Made by a program: the position numbers and the translations under genes. This document shows positions 40,035-50,961 of a stretch of 64,000 bases of DNA, piece by piece. This DNA comes from an uncultured Acidobacteriota bacterium. Lineage in GTDB: Bacteria > Acidobacteriota > Thermoanaerobaculia > Multivoradales > UBA5704. Within the stretch, counting starts at the first letter, position 1, and every line of letters starts with the position of its first letter. The notes beneath the pieces are model-generated. The model was not told where the DNA came from and did no database searches. It saw only the letters and a list, made by a program, of their open reading frames with translations. The stretch is taken from NCBI GenBank assembly GCA_963700145.1, contig OY969474.1, forward strand, positions 4,896,001 through 4,960,000, read 5' to 3'.

Positions 40035-41719
40035 CGGCGCGCCGTCCGCGCGCACCCTTCCAGCTCGCGCTCGTCCTTCTCCTCGGAGCCTGCGGCGGCG
40101 ACACCGGGCAGGCCCAAGTCCTGGGGGCGGTGCCGGGGACCAAGGCGGTCGTCCTGCGCGGGCGGGAAGATCAGGTCGGGAGACAGGACATCGCGGAGCT
40201 CGCCCGGGCGCTCGACGCCGCGGCGACGGCGATGGCGCGGCGGGTCCCGGTCGAGCTCCAGACGCCCGTCTCGCTGCTCCTCGAGCCGGACTTCGTCGCC
40301 CAGGGGCAGAGCGCCGGCGCGATCGGCGAGGCGGTCCCAGGCCCGGGCGCCGATCTCCATCTGGTGTTCCACCCCCACGATCTCCACGCCTACGAAAACG
40401 CCCTCGCCGCCGTGCTCCTCCGGCGTGCCGGGCTCGCCGACGGGCTTCCCGTCTGGCTCGCCCGCGGCGCCGCGCTCTGGCTCGCCGGCGACTGGTACGG
40501 CCGCTCCTGGCGCGATTGGCTCCCCGCGCTCGCCGCGGCCGGCGCGCTGCCGGCCGCCGACGAGCTCCTCGCCGCCGAGCCGCAGCGGGACTCCTCGGCG
40601 CCGCTCTGGACTCCGGCCGCCGCGGCCGTGGTCGATTCCCTCCCGGGCGCTACCCTGCGCGAGAAGCTCACAGCGCCGCCGACGCGCGCGCAGGTCGAAG
40701 CCGCGCTCGCCGCCCTCTCGCGCCTGCCGGCGCCGCCCGCTCCGACTGCTCGCTCTCTACCCGGCTCTTCCCGCTTCCTCGCCGGCGTCTCGCTCGCCAT
40801 GGCCAACAGCCTCGAAGGCGGCTACCACGCGCCCGGCCTCGAGCGGGCGCTCGACGCGGTGCAGGGGCTCGGCGCGAACGCCGTCTCCCTCATGCCCTTC
40901 GCCTTCCAGCGCGGCGCGGCGAGCCCGGACCTCGGGTTCGTGCACGACCGCCCCGGCGGCGAAACCGACGTCGGCCTGATCCACGCCGCCCGCCGCTGCC
41001 GGGCGCGCGGCATCTCGGTCCTCTGGAAGCCGCACATCTGGGTCGGTCATGAGAGCTGGCCGGGCGAGATCGCGATGGCGAGCGAGGAGGATTGGGCGCG
41101 CTGGTGGCGCGGCTACCGCCGCTACGTCCTCCACCACGCCTTCCTCGCCCGCTGGGCGGAGGCCGACCTCTTCGCGGTCGGTGTCGAGCTGTCGCGCACG
41201 CTGGGGCGGGCGGCGGAGTGGCGGCGGCTGATCGCCGACGTGCGGCGGCTCTACCCGGGGCCGCTCACCTACGCCGGCAACTGGAACGGCGACCTCGAAG
41301 CCGCCCCGTTCTGGGACGACCTCGACCTCCTCGGCGTCGACGCCTACTTCCCGCTGGCGGCCTCGCCGGCGGCGACGCCGGCGGAGCTTCGGGCCGGCGC
41401 CGCGCGGGTGCGCGAGCGGCTCGCCGCCGCGGCGGCGAAGCACGGCAAGCCGCTCCTCCTGACCGAGGTCGGCTTCGCGGCGCGCCGCGGCGCCTGGATC
41501 GAGCCGCACGTCGAAGGCGGCGAGCTGTCGGTCGAGGACCAGGCGCGCGCCTACGAGGCGCTCTTCGCCGGGCTCGGGCGCCCTCCCTGGCTCGCCGGCA
41601 CCTACGTCTGGAAGGTCTTCAGCGGTCCGCGGCGGCGCGGCGGCGGCGAGCCGCGGCCGGACTTCCAGCTCCTCGGCCGCCCGGCCGAAGCCGTGGTGCG
41701 CGCCTACTACGAGCGCTGA
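40031..41719 (+). CDS. Lipoprotein with C-terminal glycoside hydrolase family 113-like TIM barrel
   Basis: LLGAC lipobox, WKPHIW, VGVEL, LTYAGNW, GVDAYFPL, LLTEVGF. GTGA overlap with pyrC. Confidence 0.75.
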   Translation: MTARRPRAPFQLALVLLLGACGGDTGQAQVLGAVPGTKAVVLRGREDQVGRQDIAELARALDAAATAMARRVPVELQTPVSLLLEPDFVAQGQSAGAIGEAVPGPGADLHLVFHPHDLHAYENALAAVLLRRAGLADGLPVWLARGAALWLAGDWYGRSWRDWLPALAAAGALPAADELLAAEPQRDSSAPLWTPAAAAVVDSLPGATLREKLTAPPTRAQVEAALAALSRLPAPPAPTARSLPGSSRFLAGVSLAMANSLEGGYHAPGLERALDAVQGLGANAVSLMPFAFQRGAASPDLGFVHDRPGGETDVGLIHAARRCRARGISVLWKPHIWVGHESWPGEIAMASEEDWARWWRGYRRYVLHHAFLARWAEADLFAVGVELSRTLGRAAEWRRLIADVRRLYPGPLTYAGNWNGDLEAAPFWDDLDLLGVDAYFPLAASPAATPAELRAGAARVRERLAAAAAKHGKPLLLTEVGFAARRGAWIEPHVEGGELSVEDQARAYEALFAGLGRPPWLAGTYVWKVFSGPRRRGGGEPRPDFQLLGRPAEAVVRAYYER

Positions 41720-43014
41720 GCGCCGGGCACGCGTCCCGCGCGCAGGAAGACCGGCCAGCGCACGGTACGCACGGGCTCCGGCCCCCAGGCGGCGGCGAGA
41801 TCGTCGCGGATCATGTCGAGCGGGTCGCGGCCGGTCGCCTTGCGGTAGCGCTGGCAGGCCGACCAGGTGGCCAGGTAGCGGAGGAGGCGCTCCAAGTCCC
41901 AGCGCTCCTTCTGCGCCATCGGCTCCATCGCGACCTCGTCGAAAAGAAACGGGATCGTGCGGTACTCCTCGTCCACCCATTTCCGCTCCGGTGGCCAGTG
42001 CTCGCGGACCAGCTCGTAGGCCAGCCGGTCGGTCACCGCATCGACCGCCGGGTCCACCCGCGCCAGGTTGTAGGTCCAGACCGCGATCGCGCCGCCGGGC
42101 GCGAGGACGCGCCGCGCCTCGGCGTAGAAGTCGTCGAAGCGGAACCAGTGCAGGGCTTGCGCCGCGGTCACCAGGTCGACCGAGCCGTCGGCGAGGCCGG
42201 CCCCCTCGGCGCGGGCGAGGCGGTACTCGACGCGCGGGTGGGGCGCGGCGTGGGCGAGCTGCTCGGGGCTGGCGTCGGTCGCGACGACGCGCTCGAAGTG
42301 CGCCGCGAGCCCCACCGCCGCTTGGCCGTTGCCGGTGCCCGCGTCCCAGGCGAGCCGGCGCGCGCCGGGGAGGGCGGCGACGCGGGCGAAGAGCTCGGGC
42401 GGGTAGCCCGGGCGGTGCGCCTTGTAGTCCGCGGCGTGGCCGGAGAAGTGGTCGGGGAAAGCGCGCGAGGCCTCCCACTCGGCGCGCGTCAGGCGGACGA
42501 GGAGGAAGGTGTCCTCGGGTCCCCACTTCGGGTCGGGGTTGCCGCCGACCCCAATCTGCCGGAAGCCGGCGCGCTCGAGCACGGTGCGCGACGCCGGGTT
42601 CCGCTCGAGGCAGGAGGAGCGCAGCTCGTCGAGCCCCAGCTCGCGGAACCCGAAGGCCACCGCCAGCCGCGCCGCCGCGGTGGCGTAGCCGCGCCCCCAG
42701 TAGGGGCGGCCGATCCAGTAGCCCAGCTCCGCGCCGCGCGGCGCGCCGCCGACGCCGTGCAGGCCGACGACGCCGGCGAGCGTCTCGCCGGCGAGGACCG
42801 CGAAGGCGAAGTCGGTGCCCGCAGCGGTCTTGGCCAGAATGTCGCGGATGAACGCGGCGGCGCCGTCGGGCGGATACGGGGCGGGGATGTTCGAGGTCGC
42901 GGCGATCGCCGGGTCGGAGACCAGCGCCTGCACCGCCGGCGCGTGCTCTATCCCGATCGGCGCCAGCCGCACCGCCGGCGCGGCCGCGGCGGGCGGCGGC
43001 GGCGCCGCGCTCAT
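41707..43014 (-). CDS. Fusion of RimJ/RimL-type GNAT acetyltransferase and class I SAM-dependent methyltransferase
   Basis: [30 protein letters not shown], then [36 protein letters not shown] overlap with add. Confidence 0.88.
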   Translation of the reverse strand: MSAAPPPPAAAAPAVRLAPIGIEHAPAVQALVSDPAIAATSNIPAPYPPDGAAAFIRDILAKTAAGTDFAFAVLAGETLAGVVGLHGVGGAPRGAELGYWIGRPYWGRGYATAAARLAVAFGFRELGLDELRSSCLERNPASRTVLERAGFRQIGVGGNPDPKWGPEDTFLLVRLTRAEWEASRAFPDHFSGHAADYKAHRPGYPPELFARVAALPGARRLAWDAGTGNGQAAVGLAAHFERVVATDASPEQLAHAAPHPRVEYRLARAEGAGLADGSVDLVTAAQALHWFRFDDFYAEARRVLAPGGAIAVWTYNLARVDPAVDAVTDRLAYELVREHWPPERKWVDEEYRTIPFLFDEVAMEPMAQKERWDLERLLRYLATWSACQRYRKATGRDPLDMIRDDLAAAWGPEPVRTVRWPVFLRAGRVPGAQRS

Positions 43015-44015
43015 CGCGCCGCGGCCGCCGTCCGGGCCAGCGCGGCCTTCTCGTCGTCGCCGAGGAAGGCGACCGCGAGCGCGTTGGCCTGCGCCCGGCG
43101 CGCCAGCTCCGGGGTGACGCCGCAGGCGGGAGCGGCCACGCGGTACTCGTAGGGCAGGTCGATGCCGCTGATGCCGGGGTCGTCGGTGTTGAGCGTGGCG
43201 CGGAGCCCGCGCTCGAGGAAGGCGCGCAGCGGGCTCCCGGCGTAGCCGCGGACGGTGCTCGTCTGGACGTTGCTCGTCGGGCAGACCTCGAGGCCGATGC
43301 CGCGCTCGGCGAGGTGGTCGAGGAGCGCCGGGTCCTCGGCGGCGCGCACGCCGTGGCCGATCCGCTCCGCCCCCAGCTCGCGCAGCGCCTGCCAGACGCT
43401 CGCCGGCCCCGCCGCCTCGCCGGCGTGGACCGTGATCCGCCAGCCGGCGTCGCGGCCGCGCCGGAAGTGCTCGACGAAGAGGTCGCCCGGAAAGCCCGCC
43501 TCGTCGCCGGCCAGGTCGAGGGCGACGAGGCGGTCGCGCTGGGTCAGGAGCGCCGCCAGCTCCTGCTCGGCGATGTCGGGGCCGTAGGTGCGCGAGAGGA
43601 TCCCGATCAGCCCGACCGGCACCCCGAAGTCGCGCACGCCGGCGGCCACCCCGTCGGCGACCGCCTCGACGACCCCCGCCGGGTCGAGCCCGTGCGGCTC
43701 GGCCATGAACCAGGGCGAGAAGCGCAGCTCGACGTACGCGAGCCCCTCGCGCGCCGCGTCCTCGACGTTCTCGTAGGCGACGCGCCGGCAGGCGTCGTAG
43801 TCGGCCAGCACGCCGACCATCCACTTGAACTTGCCGATGAAGGACATGAGGTCCGGCTCGGGCTCGACCACCTGCACGTGCGGCCGCAGCCCCTCCTCGT
43901 CCCAGGCGGGGAGCGGGAGATCGTGCTTGCGGCCGAGGTCCAGGATCGTCGAAAGACGGACCGAGCCGTCGAGGTGGCGATGGAGGTCGATCAGCGGGAG
44001 CGCGGGATCGATCAC
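43011..44015 (-). CDS. add: Adenosine deaminase
   Basis: [36 protein letters not shown]. Confidence 0.9.
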   Translation of the reverse strand: MIDPALPLIDLHRHLDGSVRLSTILDLGRKHDLPLPAWDEEGLRPHVQVVEPEPDLMSFIGKFKWMVGVLADYDACRRVAYENVEDAAREGLAYVELRFSPWFMAEPHGLDPAGVVEAVADGVAAGVRDFGVPVGLIGILSRTYGPDIAEQELAALLTQRDRLVALDLAGDEAGFPGDLFVEHFRRGRDAGWRITVHAGEAAGPASVWQALRELGAERIGHGVRAAEDPALLDHLAERGIGLEVCPTSNVQTSTVRGYAGSPLRAFLERGLRATLNTDDPGISGIDLPYEYRVAAPACGVTPELARRAQANALAVAFLGDDEKAALARTAAAAR

Positions 44016-44064
44016 GGGCGGCGGGACTATACTCCCGCGGTTTTGTACCAAGCCGGAGCCCGAG

Positions 44065-45129
44065 ATGCCAACCTCTTCAGTCCGCCTGACCGCCGCCGCC
44101 CTCCTCCCACTAGTCCTCGCCGCCTGCTCGGCGGCGCCTCCGCCCGCGGCGGCGCCACCGGCCGCGAAGCCCGACGAGCCGCAGCGCGTCTCCCTCCTCT
44201 GTCACGAGGGCGCCCGCGCCGCGCTGTTCGACCAGATGGGAGTGCCGGCAGGGGAGCGGCCGGAGCAGGTGGCGCTGGGGGCGGAGCACGTGTGGGTCCG
44301 CTTCGAGAGCGGGCGGCTCCTGCGGCTCACCCTGGCGGGCACCAAGGTGGACGTGGAGATGCGCCTGCCGGAGCCCGGCGAGCGCTGGACGGCGATGGAC
44401 GTGGACCCGGCCGACGGCTCGATCTGGCTGGCGTCGGACCAGCTCCGTCTGGTCCGGATCACGCCCGCCGGGGTCTCTTCACGCATCCCGCTGCAAGGGA
44501 TCACCGGCACGAGCGACTTCCGGGACCTGCGGCTGGAGGGCGACACGGTCTGGGCGGTGCCGATCTGCGCCGGCTACCGCCTGCTCCGCTTCGACCGGAC
44601 GGGGCGGCTGCGCGGCACCGCCCTCCGCATCGAGCCGCGGCCCCAGGGTACCGTCGAAGACATCCAGGAAACCTCCCGCCTCGGCTGCGGCGGCGTGCTC
44701 CTCGAGCGCGACGCCGCGGGGCGCCTGCTCGCCTTCAACCCCGTGGAGCAGCTGACCTACGAGCTCGACGCGCAGGGGGAGTGGGTGGCGAGCGCGAGCC
44801 CGCTGTTCGCCGGCTTTCCCGACTACGAGAGGAGCGTGGTGCAAGGGGTGGACGTCGGCGGCGCCGACGAGCAGTGGTACGTCGGCGGGGACGCCACCGA
44901 CCTCTTCCTGTGGAAAGGACGGCCGGTGTTCCTCGGCCCCGCGGCGTCCGGCAACCGCGTCTCGCGCGTCTTCATCGTGCCCACCGCCGGCGGCGGCACG
45001 AACGCGCTCGTCGAGAGCTGCTACGGCAACCTGATCCTCGATGTCGCCACCGACGGCCGGCGCTACGCCGCGATCACCGAGCGCACCGTCGTCTTCGGCG
45101 ACGTCGCCTCCGCCCCTGACCTACCGTAA
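44065..45129 (+). CDS. Hypothetical lipoprotein, probable beta-propeller
   Basis: VLAAC lipobox and repeated short beta-strand motifs. Confidence 0.6.
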   Translation: MPTSSVRLTAAALLPLVLAACSAAPPPAAAPPAAKPDEPQRVSLLCHEGARAALFDQMGVPAGERPEQVALGAEHVWVRFESGRLLRLTLAGTKVDVEMRLPEPGERWTAMDVDPADGSIWLASDQLRLVRITPAGVSSRIPLQGITGTSDFRDLRLEGDTVWAVPICAGYRLLRFDRTGRLRGTALRIEPRPQGTVEDIQETSRLGCGGVLLERDAAGRLLAFNPVEQLTYELDAQGEWVASASPLFAGFPDYERSVVQGVDVGGADEQWYVGGDATDLFLWKGRPVFLGPAASGNRVSRVFIVPTAGGGTNALVESCYGNLILDVATDGRRYAAITERTVVFGDVASAPDLP

Positions 45130-45138
45130 GGGGATCCG

Positions 45139-45561
45139 ATGAAACTCGACATCTATCTCAATTACGCCGGCAACTGCGAGCAGGCGTTTCGCTTCTACGA
45201 GCAGCACCTCGGCGGCAAGATCGCGTCGATGATGCGGCACGGCGAACAGCCGAGCCAGGGCAACATCCCGGCCGACTGGAACAACGCCATCCTGCACGCC
45301 CGCCTGGAGATCGGGGGGACGGTGCTCATGGGAGCGGACATCCCCGGGGCCGAGCCCATGCGCAGCGCCTATCTGACCCTCACTCTGGACAGCGCCGAGG
45401 AAGCCGAACGCGTCTACGCCCTGCTGTCCGACGGCGGCCAGATCTTCATGAAGATGGAGGAGACGTTCTTCGCCTCGCGCTTCGCGATGCTCCGCGACAA
45501 GTTCGGCACCTCCTGGATGCTCCTCCACCAACGCCAGGCGGCAGAGCGCCCGAGCGAGTAG
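45139..45561 (+). CDS. VOC/PhnB family protein
   Basis: YLNYAGNCEQAFRFY, ILHARL, LMGAD, DKFGTSWM. Confidence 0.9.
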   Translation: MKLDIYLNYAGNCEQAFRFYEQHLGGKIASMMRHGEQPSQGNIPADWNNAILHARLEIGGTVLMGADIPGAEPMRSAYLTLTLDSAEEAERVYALLSDGGQIFMKMEETFFASRFAMLRDKFGTSWMLLHQRQAAERPSE

Positions 45562-45584
45562 CGCGGCGCCGAGCGCCGGATCGT

Positions 45585-45965
45585 TCACTGCCGCGCCGCG
45601 AGGAGCGCGTAAGCGCAGGCGCTCCCCACCATGACCACGCCCCCCCAGAGCGAGACGGGGAGGAGGTAGGAGGCGTCGCTGCCGTCGGTCACGATCAGGT
45701 ACACCCACTCGTCGAGCGCCAGGCTCAGCCCGATGCCGAAGACCCCGGCGCAGACGTCGAGCAGGCACTCGGGGCCGCGCCGCACGGCCAGCGGCACGCC
45801 GCCGGCGGTGATCAGGAGGAGGCCGGTGAAGAGGTGGTGGACGTTGTAGCCGGCGACGTCGAGGTTCGACTCCGGTGAAGCGTGGAGGAGCAGGCGGAAG
45901 AGCGCGAACGGCAGGACGAGCGCGAGCAGGAAGAGCCGCAGGCGGCGGCGATCGGTGGCCGGCAT
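45585..45965 (-). CDS. Small integral membrane protein
   Basis: Four hydrophobic segments, with HHLFTG and LALDEW motifs. Confidence 0.65.
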   Translation of the reverse strand: MPATDRRRLRLFLLALVLPFALFRLLLHASPESNLDVAGYNVHHLFTGLLLITAGGVPLAVRRGPECLLDVCAGVFGIGLSLALDEWVYLIVTDGSDASYLLPVSLWGGVVMVGSACAYALLAARQ

Positions 45966-46004
45966 GGCGGACCCGGCGGAGTCTAGCCGAGGCGCTTGAG
46001 AGCC

Positions 46005-46559
46005 CTAGGAACCGGCGGCGACGGCCGTCACGGGAGCGGGCCGGGGCGCGACCAGAAGCGAGTAGGGATTGATCGCGCCGCCGCCCGGGGCATAGACGCC
46101 GTAGTGGAGGTGCGGTGCACCGCCGGCGGCGTTGCCGCTGTTGCCGACGTAGCCGATGACCTCGCCGGCCTCGACCCAATCGCCCGGACGCGGCGCCGCC
46201 CAGTCGTCGAGGTGCGCGTAATAGTGGCGGTAGCCGCCCGGCCCGAGGACGCTCACCACGCGCCCGCCCAAGCCCAGCTCGCCGCGCTGGATGACGATCC
46301 CCGGCGTGGCGCTCCCGACCGGCGTGCCCCGGTGCGCGAAGATGTCGATCCCTTCGTGCAGCCGGCCGCCGCTCCGCGGATCGCCGAAGCTGTCGTAGAC
46401 CTTGGCGGCGGCGATCCCGGCCACCGGCACCGGCAGCCAGACCGGCGGCGCGTCGTGCAGCAGCGAAAGCCTCCGCCCGCCCTCCCGCAACGTAGGCAGC
46501 GAGCAGGCAGCAAGCGCCGCAATGGCGGCGAGGGCGACGAAACGGACGGCGGTGCGCAT
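46005..46559 (-). CDS. M23 family metallopeptidase, lipoprotein
   Basis: LAAC lipobox, HEGIDIFA, YYAHL, VGNSGNA..PHLHYG. Confidence 0.92.
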   Translation of the reverse strand: MRTAVRFVALAAIAALAACSLPTLREGGRRLSLLHDAPPVWLPVPVAGIAAAKVYDSFGDPRSGGRLHEGIDIFAHRGTPVGSATPGIVIQRGELGLGGRVVSVLGPGGYRHYYAHLDDWAAPRPGDWVEAGEVIGYVGNSGNAAGGAPHLHYGVYAPGGGAINPYSLLVAPRPAPVTAVAAGS

Positions 46560-46746
46560 GAGACGGCCCCAGCAACAGCTTTCAGCGCCGCGATATGCCC
46601 GCGGCCCCCTCGGCAAGCCCGTCCTCGTCCTCTGGAAGGGACAACTTTCTGGAAGGGAAGCTCCCTCTCGGTTGAGGACAACGGGACTGACGCCCGGCAC
46701 AAACGCGGAGCCTGTCAAGCCCGTTGAGACAGAGTTCAGAGAGAAA

Positions 46747-47756
46747 TTAGGGAAGTTTCGTCGGGGTGTCCTCCTGGGGTGGGTTGATCCAGACGGCCTG
46801 GGGCAGCTGCCGGGGACGGGGTACGCGGTGGAAGCGTTCTGGGTGGGCGGCGTAGGCCGCACGGAGGACCTCGGCGCGGCGGGTGAGGATCTCGGGAGCG
46901 CGGCCGAAATGGACGTCGGCGGGGGTCAGCAGCGCCAAGCCGGAGTGGTGGTGCTGGTGGTTGTACCAGGGGAAAAAGCCGCGGCAGAAGAGCCGGCCTT
47001 GCTCGAGCGAGCCAAAGCGATCGGGAAACAGCGGGTGGTACTTCAGGGTCTTGAGCTGAGCCTCGGAGTAGGGGTTGTCGTTGCTGGTGTGGGGACGGCT
47101 GTGGCTGTTGAAGATGCCGAGGTCGGCCAGCAGCTGGGCCACCGACTTCGACGTCATGCTCGGGCCGCGATCGGCGTGCAGCGTCAGCGCGCCCGCGACT
47201 ACGGGATACTTGGCGAGGGTCTCGGCAAGCAGACGCTGAGCGAGCAGCTCACTCTCGCGTTGGCCAGCAGCCGGCCGACGACGTAGCGGCTGAAGATGTC
47301 GAGCACCACGTAGAGGCTGTAGTGGATCCCCTTGGCCGGCCCGCGGAGCTTGGTGATGTCCCAGGACCAGACCTGGTTGGGGCCGGTGGCCAAGAGCTCG
47401 GGCTTGCGGTAGAGAGGGTGGCGCAGCTGGTGGCGTCGCTCCCGTACCTCCCCCTGGCGCGCCAGCAGGCGGTACATGGTGCGCACCGAGCAGAGGTAGT
47501 CGCCGTCGTCGAGCAGGGTGGCGTAGACCTCAGCGGGTGAGGCGTCGACAAAGCGCGGGCTGTGGAGGATCGCCAGCGTCTGCCGGCGTTCGTCGGCGCT
47601 CAGAGCCCGCGCCGGCGTGGGGCGGGGCGGCGGCGGCCGCCGAGGCCCGCCGCGGGCCTGGCGGCGGTGACGGTCCAGCGACGAGCGCGGCACACCCAGA
47701 GCCGTGCAGGCCCTCTGGACCCCGACGCGCTCGGCCAGCGCGGGCACAGCGCTCAT
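46747..47756 (-). pseudogene. IS3 OrfB integrase-core transposase, frameshifted near 47260
   Basis: PNQVWSWDIT..DIFSRYVVG in one frame; LHADRGPSM..SNDNPYSEAQLKTLKY in another. Confidence 0.85.
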
Positions 47757-48181
47757 GCGCTCGTCTCGTCCTCGTCGGGTGCGGTCAGGCGGATGCCCAG
47801 CACCTCCGAGAGTTTTTTTTGCACCTCGACGATGGCCTCGGCCTGCTGCAGCGCGCGCTGCAGGCGCTGGTTGTCGCGCTCGAGCCGGCGCAGCTGCTCG
47901 CGCAAGGCCGTGTCGGGGTCGGGTTTGCGCCCGCGCGGACGACCGAGAGCTGCGGCACCCCCCTGCCGGCGCAGGGCACGCCAGCGGCCGAGATGGGAGG
48001 CGTACAGTCCTTCCCGCCGCAACAGAGCGCCGATCTCGCCGCGGTCCTGGCAGCGGTCGGCCTGCTCGAGGATGCGCAGCTTGTAGGCGGCCGAAAACTG
48101 GCGCCGCCGGGCCTTGGGCTCGACCTCGGAATCCGGCAGCGGAGGCAGCGGTTCAGCATACGCCGGGGTGGCTGGGGAGGG
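47753..48181 (-). pseudogene. IS3 OrfA, 5' truncated
   Basis: RRRQFSAAYKLRIL, GALLRREGLY, AEAIVEVQKKLSEVLG. ATGA overlap with orfB, and no in-frame start before the IS256 end. Confidence 0.8.
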
Positions 48182-49638
48182 GGGATGCCCCGTTCCCTGT
48201 TGAAAGCCGAAAGAGGGAAAGCGGCTCGGTTGATCATGCCACGGCCTTGGTGTTCGTCGGTTCCTCGATCGCCGCGAGCGCGAGCTCGAGAGCCCCGAGG
48301 TGCCGATGTCCCTTGACACGCCGGAAGCCAGCCTCCGCGTCACACAGCGCCAGGGCGACCCAGCGCAGCACCATGTCGCCGCCGCGCCAGCGCTTGACGT
48401 TGCGCGTCGTCGTACGGATCGAGCCGATCGTGTTCTCGATCGCGTTGGTCGAGGCGAGCAACCGGCGCAGAGCGTCGGGCAGCTTCAGCCGCAAGGCGGT
48501 GAGGGTCTCGTCGAGGCCCTCGCGCAGGCTGCCCGCGGCGCCCGCGTGGCCTGCGTGCTCGAGCCAGCGGGCAAGCTGCTCGAGGCGACGCTTGGCGAGG
48601 TCGAAGCGAGCGCTCTGGTAGGCCTCGACCATCAGGCGGTCGACCCGGGCTTGGAGCTGCTTGGGCAGGTGGTCGCGGACGTTGCGGCGCTTGTGGAGCT
48701 GGCAGCGCTGGACGTGGGTTGCGTCCCCGAAGACGGCGCGCACGGCCTTGCGCAGCCCCTTGCCGCCGTCGAGCACCGCCAAGAAGCGCGGCGGCATCGC
48801 GAGGCCTCGCTCCAACAGCTCCTGGAGCAGGCCGGTACAGAGCGCCGCGTTCTCCGTCGCGCCTTCACGCAGGCCGAGCACCCGCTTGGTCCCGTCGCGC
48901 GCGATGCCGAGTGCCACCACCAGGGTGTGGCCGGCCACCTCCAGCCCGTCGATCATCAGGATCAGGGGCTGGAAGTCCGACAGGTCTCGGCGCAGCCACG
49001 CGTCCAGCAGACGACGCGTCCCCGCCACCAGCCGGCGCTGGACCGCACTCTTGCTCGTCGCGCGCTCCGGCACCGACTCTGCGAGCGGCTCCAAGCTCCG
49101 ACCGTAGCGGCGCTACGAGACGCCGACCAGCGCCTGCTCGATCACCCGCTCCGTGAAGGGATCTTCGTCCTGAAAGGCGCGCACCGAAGGCAAGCTCATC
49201 TCGCCACCGTCGCGTCGCCGGACGCGCGGTCGCGGCAGCGCCACCTGGCGGCCACCCAGCACGAACTCGCTCGCCGTCGAGCCCCAGCGGTACGCCTCGC
49301 GGGTCGGATTGCGCCGACGCTTCGGACCGACGACGGCCTCGACCTCGTCCGCGAGCTGCCGCCCCAGGGCCTCGACGCCCGCGGCGTGAAACAGCTCCAG
49401 CAGCCCCTGGCGGCTGGCCTCGATGCCCTCGACCATCGGCCGCAGCAGCGCTTGTAGCCCGTGGCTGATGCGCGCCGCACGGCCCCCTTGCCACACCACC
49501 CGCCTTTCTGCTCTCGTCTTCATCACGGCTCCTTGGCCCCCTGGCGGGGCCGGTTATTCGACCAACCCGATTCTCGATCAGGTGGGCCGAGGAGCCGCCT
49601 TCACCTCATTGCTCTTTCAACAGCGGGAGGGACAACCC
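48182..49638 (-). mobile_element. IS256 family insertion sequence with terminal inverted repeats, no visible TSD
   Basis: GGGATGCCCCGTTCCCTGTTGAAAG at 48182 matches the reverse complement of the other end, GGGTTGTCCCTCCCGCTGTTGAAAG. Confidence 0.85.
48234..49523 (-). pseudogene. IS256 (Mutator-type) transposase with in-frame TAG at 49113-49115
   Basis: GVS*RRY, MIDG, DGGKGL, QRCQLHKRRN, STNAIE. Both ORF fragments are in the same frame. Confidence 0.88.
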
Positions 49639-50469
49639 CCGCCTCTGACTTTCGGCATCTTCGCGACCATCGGCGACGGCGACCACCAGACGCGAGAGGG
49701 TGGTAGCGGAATCTTCGTAGCACCCTTTCTTGCAATCACCGCGCGGCACGTCACTGATGACCTCTACCGCATAGCTGGCCGCGAGGCGCCTCGCTGGCTC
49801 CATCTCAGCGAGCATGCGGGCCACCTATTCCAGGTTCTTGATCCTTTCCATCCCGACACGAGCTCGAAAGCTCTCTGGCGCGTTAATCGGTCCTGGACAT
49901 CACCTCTTACCGACATGGCCCTACTTCAGGTCTCAGCGGAGAGCGAGGCTGCCAGGGAGCTCCAGAGGAACATGCCGAAGTTCTTTGAATGGCGCCTATG
50001 TCCACCCCCGGTTGGGGCGACAGTTTGGGCGATCGGCTACCCACGCCATAGTGTGACGCCGGTCGACAAGGGCGTTGACATCGGTGCGCCCTTTACGGTT
50101 CATGAGCTGCACGTTACCGAGATCTTCCTCCTCTATCGAGACAGAGGGATGCTGAACTTCCCATGCTTCGAGGTTGATGCCTCAGTCGATCACGGCTTCA
50201 GCGGTGGACCCGTGTTCTATGAGGGGAAGCTCTGCGGCACGATTTCAAGTGGGAGCGGCTTCGATAAGCGGTCGTATGTTGCCCTGCTTTGGCCACTCGC
50301 TCTCATGGACTACGACAATGAAATCAAACAACGGACGCGGTTCGGTGATCTCTTGGACCGGGAAGTGATCGTCTCCAACTGCTGGCAAGAACTCCGAACG
50401 CGAATCTCGAAGGGCGAGGATGAGCTCGGTAACCCTCGCGTCTTCATCGAACCATCTCGCACGGAGTGA
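49639..50469 (+). CDS. Trypsin-like serine protease, N-terminus cut by IS256
   Basis: GSGIF..ITARHV (His), DMALL (Asp), GFSGGPV (Ser). Lower GC. The frame runs into the IS end; nearest in-frame start is TTG 49609 inside the IS. Confidence 0.75.
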   Translation, partial: PPLTFGIFATIGDGDHQTREGGSGIFVAPFLAITARHVTDDLYRIAGREAPRWLHLSEHAGHLFQVLDPFHPDTSSKALWRVNRSWTSPLTDMALLQVSAESEAARELQRNMPKFFEWRLCPPPVGATVWAIGYPRHSVTPVDKGVDIGAPFTVHELHVTEIFLLYRDRGMLNFPCFEVDASVDHGFSGGPVFYEGKLCGTISSGSGFDKRSYVALLWPLALMDYDNEIKQRTRFGDLLDREVIVSNCWQELRTRISKGEDELGNPRVFIEPSRTE

Positions 50470-50559
50470 AGGTGCGCTTCCAAGGCGGCGTACGGCCACC
50501 TGCCGCGGTCCTAGCCGGGCGCCATCACTCGGCCCTGTTGACTGCTCCTTGAGAGCCCG

Positions 50560-50958
50560 TCACCGGCGCTCGCGTAAGAAGCCGGCCGGCCGCAGCACCA
50601 GGACTCCCGCCAGACGTTGGCCGAAGTACCGGCCGAAGGCTCGTAGATCACCCGAGAGCAGGTGCGACGCTCGCATCGCGATCGCCGCTGCGAGGATCGG
50701 CTGATCGTCCTCCGGCAAGTCGACTTCCGCGGGAAGCCGCGGCTCGTCCCCGGAAGGAAGACCGATCTCGACGGCGTCCTGCAGGCGCCGGAGGCGTTGC
50801 AGCTGCTCGGGTGATTCGAGGTTGCGGCTCGCCTCCTCCAGGGCGTAGGAAGAGGTCAGGAGCGCTACGTCCTCGAGCTGCCAGAGGCGGTGCAGGGAAG
50901 TCTCGGCGCGGTAGGCGGCCGAGAACAGGACGTTGGCGTCGAGGAAGACCCGATCCAC
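50560..50958 (-). CDS. PIN domain toxin (VapC-like)
   Basis: VFLDANVLFSA, ALEEA, DDQPILAAAI, LLSGD. Confidence 0.88.
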   Translation of the reverse strand: MDRVFLDANVLFSAAYRAETSLHRLWQLEDVALLTSSYALEEASRNLESPEQLQRLRRLQDAVEIGLPSGDEPRLPAEVDLPEDDQPILAAAIAMRASHLLSGDLRAFGRYFGQRLAGVLVLRPAGFLRERR

Positions 50959-50961
50959 GGG

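Larger units (their letters stand above)
46706..48181 (-). mobile_element. Degenerate IS3-family element; 5' end removed by the adjacent IS256
   Basis: orfA/orfB pair. The 3' end reads TGTCTCAACGGGCTTGACAGGCTCCG on the minus strand (exact boundary 46706-46713). No matching other end. Confidence 0.8.

Noticed and set aside
43011-44015. add as aminodeoxyfutalosine deaminase of the mqn pathway
   Set aside because: It lies about 17 kb from mqnB/mqnD and its N-terminus resembles canonical Add. Not excluded, but unsupported.
46631-46658. Direct repeat TCTGGAAGGGA x2 between the M23 gene and the IS3 end
   Set aside because: Only two 11-bp copies, with no recognisable regulator site or IS relationship.
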